The translations under genes and the position numbers were made by a program. Source: the human T2T-CHM13v2.0 reference genome, Homo sapiens. From it: 64,000 bases of DNA. Where the stretch lies: assembly GCF_009914755.1 (NCBI RefSeq), contig NC_060937.1; one strand, written 5' to 3'. The notes under the pieces were generated by a model. It was not told the origin of the DNA and made no database searches. It saw only the letters and a list, made by a program, of their open reading frames with translations. Shown here piece by piece: positions 16,244 to 33,614 of the stretch (the stretch's first letter is position 1; the number at the start of each line of letters is the position of its first letter).

Positions 16244-17523
16244 CTGGTGTTCAAATTATCCCACCTTTGGGCAGTTTGATTTCTTCCATGATAATGGATT
16301 TCACAGTATATTCTTCTTTACGTTTCCTGCCCTAGACTCTGAATCCATCATTTCTCCAGAGTCCTGGTTTCTTTTCATCACATCATATCAGGGGATTTAT
16401 GATACTAACATGATTTATCACCTATGATACCAAACTTGACCACCTGGTTAAAATAGTGTTTGCTAGGTTTCTCTGCTCTAAAGTGACTATTTTTTTTTCC
16501 TTTTTTATGCCTTATTCCTTGGAATTGAATCACTAAGTCTAGCCCACACTCAGAGGTGGAGGATGGGGAATAAGCTCTCCCTACCTCCAGGTGGAGGAAG
16601 AGTATATACATATGTAATATTTGGAAATATTCTGTAAGGAAGATTTGCCCCTTCTCCCCAAATGATTACTTTATTCAATCATTTATTTATATCATGTGGG
16701 TTAATAAATATTTATTTCATACTTGGGTTGTAACCCAATACCGTGTTACTTATTTTGTTGTTCAAATTGTTTCAGCTTTGGCAATCAAGAGGTCCTTCGA
16801 GTTGACTCCTGTGTCCTTTCACATGCCCCACTTTCTTTCTCTTCTTTTTAGCATTTCCTTGCTTTTTGGCATTATGAGATGTTCTAGGTTCATCTTGTAT
16901 TTTGCCTGCCCTAGTCCTAGAATCAACCATTTCTCCAAATAACTTACAATAGGGTTTTAGGATATAAAGTTATATGAGAGGGGCTACGATTTTAGTTAGG
17001 ATATGTTCAAATTTATGTGATGAATCCTAATAGCATTCTAGTGTATTATATCCCAGTAATTCTGTGCTGACCCATTGGCACCATGTCCCATTGTAGAAAG
17101 CTCATTATTCTGATCATATGGAGAAATTAGAAGTCTCAAAGAGATTTTAATTTTGCTCTGTCTGAAATATCTGCATCTATGGAAATTAATAGATGCTGTA
17201 CCTCCACTTCAAGGTATATAGTGCCATCTCTTGCCCACAATATAAAATCTGAGTAATACAGAATTACTGCTGATTTCAGATATCTATCCAGAAAGAGTTA
17301 ACTGAGAAATATTGGGGAAAATGTTAAAGTAATTTCTACTAATGTGTCAATGTTCTCAGTGATCACCAAATACTGAACCATGCCTGCAGATCTATAAATT
17401 TTCCCTTGCATAATCACACCATCAGATCACCTCTGAAATAAAGTTGTTTCAATGTAAGATGGCAATGCAACTTGCAAGTTCTGTTGGGCTGACAAGCTTT
17501 TCATATTTAAGAGGTTAAGTTTA

Positions 17524-17820
<297 letters not shown>

Positions 17821-18266
17821 TTAAGTTTGGAACAATTGCATTAAAACCTAGCTTTCATCATATCCACCCCAGAAAAGCAACCTGAGGCATTAAATAATTC
17901 TCCTATCTCATTCACTCTTATGACTATTGCCAAAGTCATTGATTTTATAGATGCTGATTTCACTCTGCTGATACATCCAAGTTTTTAACTTCTGGAATTT
18001 CCTTTTAAACAACTGACTCTCTTTGTCAAAATAAATAACATCACAGTTTTCTAGGGGATGCATAATTAGCCACTTTCCTCATCAAATCTATGGTTGTTAG
18101 CTTCAGCAGGGCCCTTAATAATGCTGTCCTTCCTTTTGCACCCACCTGTTAATTACCTTTCCCATTTCTCCTAAGCAGCTATTCAAAACATTTACCACTT
18201 TCTACAAGCTCTCAATTCAACCTCGCTCCTCCTCTCATTCTCAGAATATTGTTCATGTTCCATTAA

Positions 18267-18770
<504 letters not shown>

Positions 18771-19649
18771 GGCCTCACTTTCTGTATCAGACAGGGTTCT
18801 GAGTTGCAAGCAACAGAAACAAACTCTGACCAATTTAGGCAAAAAAGAAATTTATAGTTATTGGGTAGCTCACAAGTTCTGAAACACCAAGAATGAGACT
18901 TGGAAGTTACAGAACTAGCAACGATGCCCAATATACTGAAACTCGGAAGTTGCTGTGGGTAGAGGCAATTTGGAGTAAACTGTATTATTGTTAAAAAATA
19001 TTTTCTTCTCTCTGCAGGAGTTGTATATTTTCCTGTCCCATTATTGTTCAGCTTAGCAATATAACTTCCTGTCTGATGGAATGTGAGTGGAAGTGATGTC
19101 TTCACTTCCCCAAAAATTTTAAGAGCCACTGAGTGGATTTACCACTTCTCCTTTCCATATGCCACAAGACTTACAATTCCATGATAGCAGCTGGTCCTGA
19201 AATGAAGACAGCTGGAGCAGAACCCGAGTTAACCTGCAAGAGACATTTAACTGGAATTTGAAGGTTTTGTTGTTGTAAGCCACAACAACAAAGAGGTTGT
19301 TGGTAATTGCAACGTAACCTGTGTGAACTGGCTAATAGAGGACAGCTGAATAAATGCACACGGCTCACAGCTGACAGAGCAACCAGCCCAAGAGATATCC
19401 TTAAAATGCTGATATTTCCATATCCTTAAAAATATTTGAAATATGAATGATTTGTGTCTTGAGGTCAGGATCAGTGCCTTAATTATTCAATTTATGATGA
19501 AATATTTTGAACAAAATATTTTTCCACTCAAAAGTTATATGCTATTTTACGTTTTTAAATGGAAGCAAAAGTGACTTGTCTTGAAAATAGTCTTCTAAAC
19601 CACTGTAATATTTGAGAAGAGTAAGAAAATCATGATTCATAATGTTTCT

Positions 19650-20160
19650 ATTTGTGAACCCTGAAAGAGGCAATCCTTTGATATGGATCCTGAATAGGTA
19701 ACTGGGCCTAAATTCAAAATAGAGCAAAGTGGCCATTTGCTGACTAGAGGTCACATTCACACTCTGCTTTCTCAGAAAACTCACATGCTCACGTAACTTT
19801 GAGACTTTCATAGCTATCTGTTCCTCTTTACTTCAACTGAATCAACAGCTGCTGGAAAAATCCTATGTTGTCTTCTGAAATTAACCAATAGGCTGTAAGT
19901 TGTGCTGACCAATCAGAACTAAATAAGCATCAACCAATCAGAACTGAACAAGTTTGCATCCCTTATTTGCATAGCAGATCAGACTGGGAACCTGGGTGGG
20001 AACTTTCTCTTTTTTCTATAAAAGGCAACTCCTCTCTTTGTTCCCTCAGAAGAAACCTTGGTTTTGTACAGAAGGCTGTGTCTCCCCATTTACAAACTGT
20101 TTCCTGGAATGAAGTCTCTTTTCTTCTTAAAAAAGAAAATCCTTTTGAGTGGATTTGTGG
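19650..20160 (+). mobile_element. ERV-type solo LTR, family uncertain
   Basis: Repeated CCAATCAGAACT, octamer ATTTGCAT and TATAAAA, an LTR U3-like layout. Confidence 0.55.
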
Positions 20161-20706
20161 CCATACTGCAAAAATAATTCTCACTCTAGTTCAAAGACTT
20201 TCTGAGCAAATGGAATATTAGCATGACAACTCTCCAAGTAATTCAAGTAACTCTGTAACAGTTACCTGCGATGAAATAAAGATGAAGAGGCCCTGTAAAC
20301 ACTTTTTTAAAACAAAAAGCAAATATTTTTTGAATGCATAGTTACCTAGAGCAACAGAAAGATTCATATTTCTGGTCCTCCTTTCAAAATAAATAAATAA
20401 TGCCTTTTTAAAAAATAAGTCCTTATGGGCTCTCTGATACAAAGCCCTAAGAAACACACAATCTCACCTCTGTGGTATTCCTGCCAAAGACATATAACTG
20501 TACCTAACCATGAGGAAATATCAGACAAACCTAAACTGAGATATGTTCTACATAATAACTGACCTGAACTCTTTTAAAAATACCAGTACTATAAGAGACA
20601 AAGAAAGATGGAGGAACTGTTCCAGATTAAACAAGGTTAAAGACACATGCCCCCTGAATGTAACATATCATCTTAGATTTTCTTTTACAATAAAGCACAT
20701 TATTGG

Positions 20707-22181
20707 TGTCACAAAATCCTTGGGGTGTCACTTCACCAGCTGGAAACTTCTTTGGCTGGCAGTGCCTCTTGCCTGAGTATTACTTGCACCCGCTGGGCCC
20801 GTTCCACCCACTCAGCCCAGCAGGCTATGATCAGCTCACACTTCTGGCTTGGATCCCACACCTGCCCAGGGTGAGCCAGGCGTGGAGCAGCAAGGGGTGT
20901 GTGGGTGAGCAAATGCAGGGTCCAGCCACTGCACACAGCCAGGCATGCCAGCTGCTGTGCTGGGGCAGGCAGCTCCAGATGCTGGCACAGGTGCTGGCTC
21001 CAAGCAAGGCTGCAGTTGGGCCAGATATACTGCACACAGTTTCTGCTGTGGGCACCCGCATCTGGACAAGGGGGATGTGGTGGCATCCAGAAGCTTGGAG
21101 ACAGCAGGGACTGCAGAGACCCAAAGAGGGTGTCACAGCTCTGGCTTGGTGAGCCCCTAGGTCTGGGATCCCGGAAGGGCCACAGCTCTTCTCTCCTTGT
21201 CTCCTTCTCATCACCCACAATGTGGCAAGCGGTGGGGGCTGGGGGGTGTGTTTCAGCCCTGTTTATGTTATAACTCTTTCAGTCCCACTATTCAGTGAGT
21301 CTCAAGTTCTTTTCCCAAGTCCAGGAAGAATGAGGTATGGGGACAGCTGTAGGGTGAGCAAGGTGGAGAGGAGCTTCATTGAGCAATAGAACAGCTCCCA
21401 GGAGACCTAAAGTGGGTAGTTCCTTCTGGCAGTTGGTAGTCCTGATGTCTGTGTGAGTCTGGCTGAGTCTCTGGGGTTTTTATGGGTTCCGAAGAGAGGA
21501 AGTGCATACTGATTGGCTCATGGGCGGCCACGGGCAGGCTGGGAAAAGCACCATAAGTTGTCACTCTGGGCTGCAAACTCCACCCTGAACTAGTAGCCTG
21601 GTCCCCCAGGCTTCAGGCCATCCCTGGCTTGAAAGTGGAGTTTCACTGGGGACCCACCAATAACCTGTCTGCCTCCTGCCATCAACATGCCATCCAAGGT
21701 GCCCAAGCTGTTCATGCCAAAGGGTGCCTGCAAGCCTGTGCTGAGCTGCCCTCAGCTCCCCTTCTGGCTTCCCTCTTGCACTCATTGGCATCCAAAGTCT
21801 GGAGGTGGCAGGGGGCTGGCATGTTAGCATAGCCCTGAGTGCATGCACACCCAGCCAGGTAGCAACAGCACCCAGGCTTGGCCACAACTTTGCTCTGCAC
21901 CAGAGTGGGTGCCGGGAGCAGGGAGAGGCCAAACAGTGGGAGCAGGCACTTCCAAGCCTGCAGGGGCAGGGGCTTCCCAGGCCCCTGAGAGCACAGGAAT
22001 GCCTGGGTCCAGAGCCGTGGCCAGGCGGCTACAGCTGTATCCAGGAGCACAGGCCTCCAGTCTTGCCAACTTGGTAGGGGTAGGGCTCCTGCCCCCTACA
22101 GAGGTGCAACCCCAGCTGCACCTCCCACGCTGCAGCCAGCATCTTCGCAGCGGCCACTCCAGACAGCTGCTGCTGCCATCA
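20707..22181 (-). mobile_element. Long GC-rich ERV1 solo LTR (MER52-like)
   Basis: TG...CA termini and 4-bp TSD TTGG (20703-20706 / 22182-22185). Splits an older L1 fragment. Confidence 0.85.
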
Positions 22182-22350
22182 TTGGGACACTGGCAAAAAC
22201 TGAATAAGAATTGAAGATTAGGTGACATCAGTGTTAATTTTCTGATTTCAATATTGATTCTGTGGTTAGTTGAGGTGTTCCTTGTTCTTAGAAAATATAC
22301 ACTGCAGTATTTAAGGGGGAAAATGAAAGTGTGAAGAGGGTACAAGAATA

Positions 22351-22359
22351 CTTTATTTT

Positions 22360-22406
<47 letters not shown>

Positions 22407-22710
22407 GTTTAGAAAGAGTCTCACTCTGTTGCACAGGCTAGAGTGCAATGGCCTGATCTCTGCTTACTGTAACTTCTGCTTCCTGGGTTCATGCAATCCT
22501 CCCAGCCTGGGCAACACAAAGAGACCCTGTCTCTATAAAAAAATAAAAAAATTAGCCAGGCATGATGGCACGTGCCCATAGTCCTAGCCTCAGCATGCTG
22601 GGACAGAAGGATCCCTTGAGCCTGGGAGGTCGAGGCTGCAGTGAGCCAAGATCGCACCACTGCACTCTAACCTGGGTGACAGAGTGGGACCCTGTCTCAA
22701 AAAAAAAAAA
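22351..22710. mobile_element. Fused head-to-head Alu fragments with a (TTTA)n tail
   Basis: Antisense right-arm piece joined at ~22500 to a sense Alu lacking its 5' part. Confidence 0.85.
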
Positions 22711-23870
<1,160 letters not shown>

Positions 23871-24889
23871 AGTATCATTTTGATATGAGCTTTTTTGTTC
23901 TCTTGAAGCTAATTTTTGTACACAGATATTACAACGTTTATTTTTGTTTTAATAATTGGTACTTAACATATAAAAGTTACTTCAAAACCCCACTCTGTCA
24001 GCTTTTAAGGTCAGTTTACAAATATTTGTAAGTCAGACATTTCTAAGAAGCCTTTGAATGATATTCAGCTCCTTTTTCAAAGTTAAGTAGCTTCAACAAT
24101 TTTAAAATTTTCTAAAATTAATTTTTCTAATTTTATTTTTCTGTACTTCACCTGTTTAATCTGAATTAACAAACAAGATCTTCCATGGGTTTAAATAACT
24201 TCAATATACATAAGAGGGTAAGTATACAAATAAGCTGAAACTAAAATTTTCTTAAATGTTCCATCACCATACATAAGTTGAGGAAGTTATCACCTTAGAC
24301 TCTCAAGTCTAAATCAATTACTCAATTCCATATCCTAGATTGAAGTTAGAAGGCTGTCCCTCTACTAGGACAAATTATTTTATAAAACTACTTTAAATAT
24401 CAAATATGTACATATTCCTTTTAACATAAAAGTATTAGTACTATGGTTTCAATTCTCTTAACTATTTCTATACTTACCTCAAAACCCTCTGGAGTAGAAA
24501 AATGTATATCCACCTGAGGAAGATTGTTACTATCTCACGTAACTGTGCTTGCCAACTCAGTATGAAAAACAATTTCTGCCCCAATTAATTACAAATGTTT
24601 TCGGTGTGGACACTGTTTGTTTTCAAGCCCCCTACTGGATTGAATGAACCCTATTTTTTAAATGCTATTTAATAGTTGCTGGGTCATGGGCTTTAAGATT
24701 TAAAAGAGGGTTGGTTTGGCGGGTCATGGATCTCAAATTCATGGATTTAAGTAATAGATACATTAATTTCTCCGTATGCTCACAGATGTCTCTGGCACCT
24801 ACTGAGGTTTATCATGTGATTGCATTTTATATTTCCTCAGTTGTTAAGAAATATACTTTTGTATAAACATAGTTTAGTAGATAAGATCT

Positions 24890-25075
24890 CTGTTTCTGAA
24901 GTCAGACTGTCTGGGTAAGCATCCAACTCTGACCATAGGTGCATTACTTAGCATTTTTGCACCTTGGTTTTCACACTTGTAAAAATGAAGATAACAGTAC
25001 CTACCTCATAGGATTGTTATAAGGATAAAATGAATGAATGAATATTTATAAAGCACTTAAGCAGTGCTTGGCACA
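24890..25075 (+). mobile_element. MIR
   Basis: GTAAAAATGAAGATAACAGTACCTACCTCATAGGATTGTT MIR core. Confidence 0.8.
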
Positions 25076-25230
25076 CTCCTACCTACAAACACTTATCCAG
25101 TACTCACTGATAAGGAATACTGCTCCCCAGATGACTTGTCCTCGCCCTAAGTTTTGAAAGCCACTACCACAAAATGGTAGATCCTCAGGGGCATGGTCTT
25201 CATTTCATTAACCTTGTCTCTTGACATATA

Positions 25231-25310
25231 TTAGGTTGGTGCAAATAATGGCAAATTACTTTTAATTAAAAGTAATGGCAAAAACAGCAATAACTTTTGC
25301 ACCAACTTAA
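25231..25310. mobile_element. MADE1 mariner-derived MITE
   Basis: 80-bp palindrome TTAGGTTGGTGCAAA...TTTGCACCAACTTAA flanked by TA on both sides. Confidence 0.92.
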
Positions 25311-26394
25311 TATGTAGTACAGCATAGGCACTAAGCATATGATTGATAAATGATTGAATGTCTGTGCTAGAAAGCAAGTTTTTTCCCTCTCTGGGTGGCA
25401 TTTTTAGAGTTTTAGTGATCCTCCTGTCTCAGCCACTTAAGTAGCTGTGAAAGGCATGGGCCAGCATGCCTGGCTATAATTCAAGAGTCTATAATAATTG
25501 ATTGTAACTACAATTTGTTATTATTTTGGACACAACATTGTAACCCATGTTATGAGCCATTGATAAGAAACTCTCTTTTAACTGATGTCAGGATGTTGTC
25601 CACGATGACATCTGTCCCATGGTATAGTACCTTCTCTGTTAGGCAGGACACGTGGGTAAAATTTAGATCTCTTTCCCTGAATAAATTAGGCTTCATCTTG
25701 AACTAAATGTGTGATTTTACCTTACAGTGTCTCTAATGGGTGGCAGAGGTTGTTGTTTTGTTGTTGTTAACGTTAGAAAATTCATAGTCCAATTTGCAAT
25801 CCAACCTAAACCACTGTACATGATAGTGTCCTATACACACATATTCTCTGCACTGAACTTACCCTGGATTACTATTTCCTCCTAATATTTTTAAAGTGTT
25901 CTGATTTCTACAATGCTTTTCTAACTCTTTCTACTGTGTGTATTTTCTCAGACACATCAAAACTTCTCAGATGAGCCACATAGGAAGACAAAGAGGAAGA
26001 AAATCAGGGCATCGAAACTGTAACAAGTCTAAAAAAAGACTGTGTGGGGAAAGAGGGGATTCAAGTATTTAGTATTGAAAAGTGAAAGCCAAAGACTGAG
26101 AATTAGTCAATGTGTCACTAAGCACTACAAGGGAAGAGACTAGACTGACCAGCTGTCAGATGTACTTGGGCCTGCTGGACAGATACATTTTTCTGGTGAA
26201 GACGGCTGCATCTGGCTTGCATCATTCCCTATTCTCTGATTTCATCTTCATTGAGCATCCTTCAGATTCGCATTCCTCAAAGAATATTAACATGTTTTCA
26301 GTGTTTACTATGTTACATATGGTATTTAATTTTACAGCAATCCTACGAGTTGTTTTCCCTATTTTTACAGCTGAGAAAAAATAGCTAGCCATGT

Positions 26395-26396
<2 letters not shown>

Positions 26397-26432
<36 letters not shown>

Positions 26433-26710
26433 AGACAAGGTCTCACTCTGTCACCCAAGTACAGTGGCATGATCAGGGCTTACTGGAGCTTTGACTTCCC
26501 AGACTCAAACGATCCTCTCACCTCAGCCTCCTAAGTAGCTGGGGACTACAGGCACCTACCACCATGCCCAGATAATTTTTTAAAAATTTCTGTAGAGACA
26601 GAGTTTCACTATGTTACCCAGGATGGTCTCAAACTCTGGGGCTCAAGCAGTATTCCCATCTCAGCATCCCGAAGTGCTGGGATTACAGGTATGAGCCACC
26701 GCACCTGGCC
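26397..26710 (-). mobile_element. Alu (J-type) with a long T tract
   Basis: TSD ATAGCTAGCCAT. Confidence 0.92.
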
Positions 26711-26917
26711 ATAGCTAGCCATTTCTGCCAGGAGCTGCCACTCTGGCCTCCAAATATCCACAACCCTTCTCTTCCCACACATAGAAAACACCACATCTTT
26801 ATCTAAGTGAAGGATCTCCATTTGATGCTCATTGCCACCATCATATTCAAATGTAGATCCACATACTACAGCAACCTAGGAACCAAAAGTCAACTTATCT
26901 AGCCACCCATTACACAC

Positions 26918-27336
26918 CTGTAATTTAAGTGTAGCCTAGAGCTACCTCCTTAACATATTTTAAGTTCAGCCTAAAGGTTTCTCCGTATATAGTGAATGGT
27001 AACCAAACTGGATGTGTAAACAGACTGTAAGCCACTCTTATACCAATCACCATGTTTTGGCCAATCAAAGGCAACCAACTGTTCAAACCATGTTCCAATG
27101 AGGCAAACGCCAAGCTGTAAGCAGTCCAGCTGTTTCTGTACCTCACTTCTGTTTTCTGTACCTCACTTCTGTTTTCTGTAAGTCATTTTCCTTTTTCTGT
27201 CCATGAATCCTCTCCAACCACATGGCAGTGCCAGGGTCGCTCTGTATCTATTCTGGTTTAGGCGAACTGCCCGATTTGCAAATGGTTCTTTGCTCCATTA
27301 AATACTGTTAAATTTGTCTAAAGTTTTTATTTTAAC
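26918..27336 (+). mobile_element. ERV1 solo LTR (MER57-like)
   Basis: AAGTTCAGCCTAAAGGTTTCT, CCAATC boxes, internal 20-bp tandem duplication, ends TTTAACA. Confidence 0.7.
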
Positions 27337-29069
27337 ACACCAATACACACTGATGGATCAGGGACAAAGTAAAGATAACACAAGTAAGAGTCCCATTTGG
27401 AAAGAGACTAATGGGGAGCTCAGCAGTCCTGGTCCACAGCAGTGTTGAAATGCTGCAAAGCAGGCATGGCGAAGACCTTCTGTCCAAGGTCACATAGCTA
27501 AGTCAATTTGTTCAGTCTTCAAAATGGATACACTTTCCACTCCTCTACATTATGTAAAGCAAGTTAGTAGGCTGATGAGCTGACTTTTATTATTATGTTA
27601 TTAAATGTCTGGCTTTCTAAATAGATTACAAGCCTTGTGAAAATTTTCTTATTCAGTGCTGCATCCCAAGTGATTAGCAAAGTGTCTGGCACATAGGATA
27701 TGTTCAATAAATATTTGTTGAATGAATGAATAACATAACCATTATAGTCCACTTGGCCATTAAATTTTTCAGTGTAAATTAGAAAACAGGAATTTTGAGT
27801 GATATATCAGTCTTCACTGAATTTGCTCAGGATGAATCATTTCTCTGGAGGAAGGATCGCTAGCCTGACTGAGTTTTTTGACTTACAAAGTTAAGCTCTA
27901 GATATTGGACTAGTTGATGCCCTGTGTTCTTTTCAATAATACCTACATCAGCAAAATGCATACATTCATAGGTTTTGTTGTATGTTTATTTGCTTGTTTT
28001 AACTTCAGAAGCACAGAATTGCACCCTGGATTAATCATCTAATCATGTTCCTTGGCTTGCTGCACACTTTCATCTTTCATCTAAACATCATTGGTCTATG
28101 CCCCTTTTTATTTTATGGATTTATTTAATGATATTAATAACACCACAAATTTATGACCCAACCTGACGGCTTGCACATTACCAGGAATTGACATCTACTA
28201 TGGGCTCCTCTTCTGTCCTGCCCCTAACTTCTTCCCATCTTGTAGCTTGGAGGTAACCACTATTCTCCATTTTGTTTTTCAGTTCCTTAATTTATTTTTC
28301 AGTAAGTTTTCACATACACATATATTGCATACATTGTATTACTAAGATTCACTCATGGTGTTGTGTGTATTTTTATCTCACTGATTTTCCCTTCAGTACA
28401 GTGCTCCACTGTGAAAACCACGATTTCTTAGTTTTCCTGTGTATGGTCTTTTGGGCTGTTGTCAGTTTTTTGCAGTTGTGAACAGGAAGCTATGAACATT
28501 CTTGAAGATAAATGGGAAGAGCTTCAAGCAGTGGAATTGGTGAGTCATAGGACATAGATAATTCAACTTTATAAAATAAACCAAATAATTTTCCCAAGTG
28601 GTTATACCAATATATACTCCCTGCAGCAATATACAAGATACCATTGGTATTATCTAACTTCTTGTTTTCCTTTAAATTATATTTTGATTTGCCTGACAAT
28701 GCCAATTCTCTATGGAAATGCCAAAATATCTTTTTGAATATATTTATCACATAATTTTAGAATGACCAAAAAAAAAAAAGAAAAGAAAAAAAGAAGACTG
28801 TAATGCCAAACAATTTTTATTTTGGGCTTGTAATAATGAATTTTACATTCCTATCTGAATATATGTAACATCATTTAAAAATGATTAACATTGATACAGT
28901 TAGAAGAATCTTATTATTATATAATTTCTTCTTTTTCTAATTTTTTTTCTCTCTTAGGGTGGACTAGAACCTCTAGGGAGCCTTTAGCAACCCACTAGTC
29001 TCTTCCACACTCATACAATACTCTACATACCTTTGTCTTAACACTTACAGCAGAAACTATTTGCCCTCC

Positions 29070-29410
29070 TGTGTTAGTCCATTTTCACACTGCTGACAAA
29101 GACATACCTTAGACTGGGTAATTTATAAAGAAAAAGAGGTTTAATGGACTCAGTTCCACATGGCTGGGGAGGCCTCACAATTATGGCAGAAGGTGAAAGG
29201 CACATCTTACATGGCAGGAAAGAGAGAAAATGAGAAAAGGGAAACCCCTTATAAAACCAACAGATCTCATGAGACTTATTTGCTACTATGAGAACAGCAT
29301 GCGGGAAACCATCCCCGTGATTCAATTATCCCCACCAGGTCCTTCCACAACACATGGGAATTATGGAATTCAAGATGGGATTTGGGTGGGGACACAGCCA
29401 AATCATATCA
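29070..29410 (-). mobile_element. THE1-type MaLR solo LTR
   Basis: TG...CA termini and 5-bp TSD CCTCC. Confidence 0.9.
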
Positions 29411-30000
29411 CCTCCAATATCTGTTCTTTCCTTCTTATGATTATGGAAGTTTTATTTAGGCACAGAGTTGCTAAGGTAAAACTGCCAGCTTTCCTTGCAG
29501 GTAGCTATGGCCATGTTACTAGGTCTGGACAATGGTATGTGAGCAGAAGTGATGGGGGAAACTTCTGGGTTAATGGCCCTAGAACATCACTTCTACTAGA
29601 AGTTGAATATGAAGCCAGGAGTTGGAGCAATCATCCTGAATCTATTAAGGAAGCTGTACATTGAGAATAGTAGAGTTACAAGACAGAAGACTAGGCCCCT
29701 GATGTCTTCAAGTAGAGCAGCCAGCCTGGACATATAGAAATAAATTTGTCTTATTTAAACCATTTTGGGTTTACTACTACAGCAGCAGGACTGATATCCT
29801 AATACATAATTTGTACCTAAAAGTAAGATGATACTGTAATAAAACCTATAACAAGAGGCATTGGCACTCAGGCAACAGGTGATGAGCATATCGTAAGCTA
29901 ACACTGGCGACTCTTATGCTTGGCCCAACATTTGGTGAAACCGTCACCATATGATGCCTTAAAATTTAGACCACATGTATGTAGAGCCTATAGCTCTATG

Positions 30001-30212
30001 GCAGTGTTTCTAAATATGTGTCATATTGGCATTTTGGGTAAAACAATTTTCTGTGGTTCAAGAATGCCCCGGGCATTTTAGGATGTTCAGCATTTTTGCT
30101 CGTAACCCATGAAATGCTAGTAGTAATCCTCAGTCAATATAACAACCAAAAACATCCCCATGTTCTTCCTAATGTCCCTTTTAAGAGCTGACCCTAGGTA
30201 AGAATTACTGCA
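30001..30212. mobile_element. hAT-Charlie fossil (MER20-like)
   Basis: CAGTGTTTCTAAA...ACAACCAAAAA...AGAATTACTG termini. Confidence 0.55.
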
Positions 30213-30299
30213 TTAGAAAAAGTAGCTAGAAAAAAATGTCAGAACATCGGTGTGCTTCTTCCCACTTCTGCCAAGGTCCTACAAGAAAGAGAAACTCAG

Positions 30300-30957
30300 T
30301 GCTATGGTTTGAATGTGTCCCCCAAAGTTCATGTGTTGGAAACTTAATCCCCAATGCAATAGTGTCTAGAGGCAGGACCTATAAAAGGTGATTAGGACCC
30401 AAGGGCTCTGCTTTCATGAATGAACTAATACTGTTATTGTGGGAGTGGGTTAGTTATTGTGAGAGTGGGAATCAGATGAAGGATGAGTTCAATCTCTCTC
30501 TCTCCCCCTCCCCCACCCTGCACAATTTTGCACATGTTTTGTTACCCTTCCACCTTCTGCCACTATGGGATAATGCATCAAGAAGACCCTCACCAAATAC
30601 AGGCCCCTCAACCTTGGACTTTCCAGCTTCCAGAACTGTAAGAAATACACCTTTGCGGCCAGGTGCGGTGGCTCATGCCTGTAATCCCAGCACTTTCAGA
30701 GGCCGAGGCAGGCATATCACAAGGTCAGGAGATCAAGACTACGAAACTCTATCTCTACTAAAAATACCAAAAAAAAATTAGCTGACCTGCGATCGCGCCA
30801 CTGCACTCCAGCCTGGGTGACAGAGCAAGACTCCATCAGAAAAAAAAAAAGAAAAAAGAAATACATCTTTGCTCTTTGTCAATTACCTCATCTCAAATAA
30901 TCTGTAATTACCTCATCTCAAATAATCTGTAATAGCAACACAAAATGGACTAAGACA
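30300..30957 (+). mobile_element. MST-type MaLR LTR with a nested, internally deleted Alu (30657-30860)
   Basis: TGCTATGGTTTGAATGTGTCCCC...GACTAAGACA; Alu TSD AAGAAATACA(C/T)CTTTGC. Confidence 0.85.
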
Positions 30958-31102
30958 CCCAGGCTAATTTTATAGAGGTGGACAGAATACAGCTTGGAAA
31001 ATTAGGTTGGCTGGATGTAGAAACTGGATGGGAGCCCTCAATGACTTGCAAAGGAGAGCCACCATGTCAGCTTAGATACTTCAGTGAAAGAGAAATAAAC
31101 TA

Positions 31103-31440
<338 letters not shown>

Positions 31441-31629
31441 TTATATAAATTGAACCCATATGCTAAATAATAGAATACTTACCACCCTGATTTATAATCT
31501 TTGAGTAGATTTAAAGTGGTTTGAGGCCTGGAGACCTGCCATTTTTGTTTTTATTTTCAATATCTAGGACAGTGTTGGGTATTTTAAACATCTTTCTTGA
31601 TCTGAGAAAGCAAAAATAAATTCTGAGCC

Positions 31630-33426
<1,797 letters not shown>

Positions 33427-33614
33427 GTAGGGGATATTGGTAATGGGGGGTTGTGCATGTGTGTATGATGTAGGAGGGCAAATATATGGGAACTTTATAC
33501 TCAATTTTGTGGTGAACCTAAAACTGCTCTAAAAAAATAGTCTATTACAATTTTTTTAAAAAAGTTAATCCTCAGATATAAATTACTGATTACATGAATT
33601 TGTACCATGACATT

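Noticed and set aside
20703-22345. Dense overlapping ORFs up to 173 aa
   Set aside because: They lie within a GC-rich MER52-like LTR with few stop codons and show no recognisable protein family.
30881-30933. 25-bp tandem duplication AATTACCTCATCTCAAATAATCTGT
   Set aside because: Ordinary slippage duplication inside an LTR, with no functional signal.
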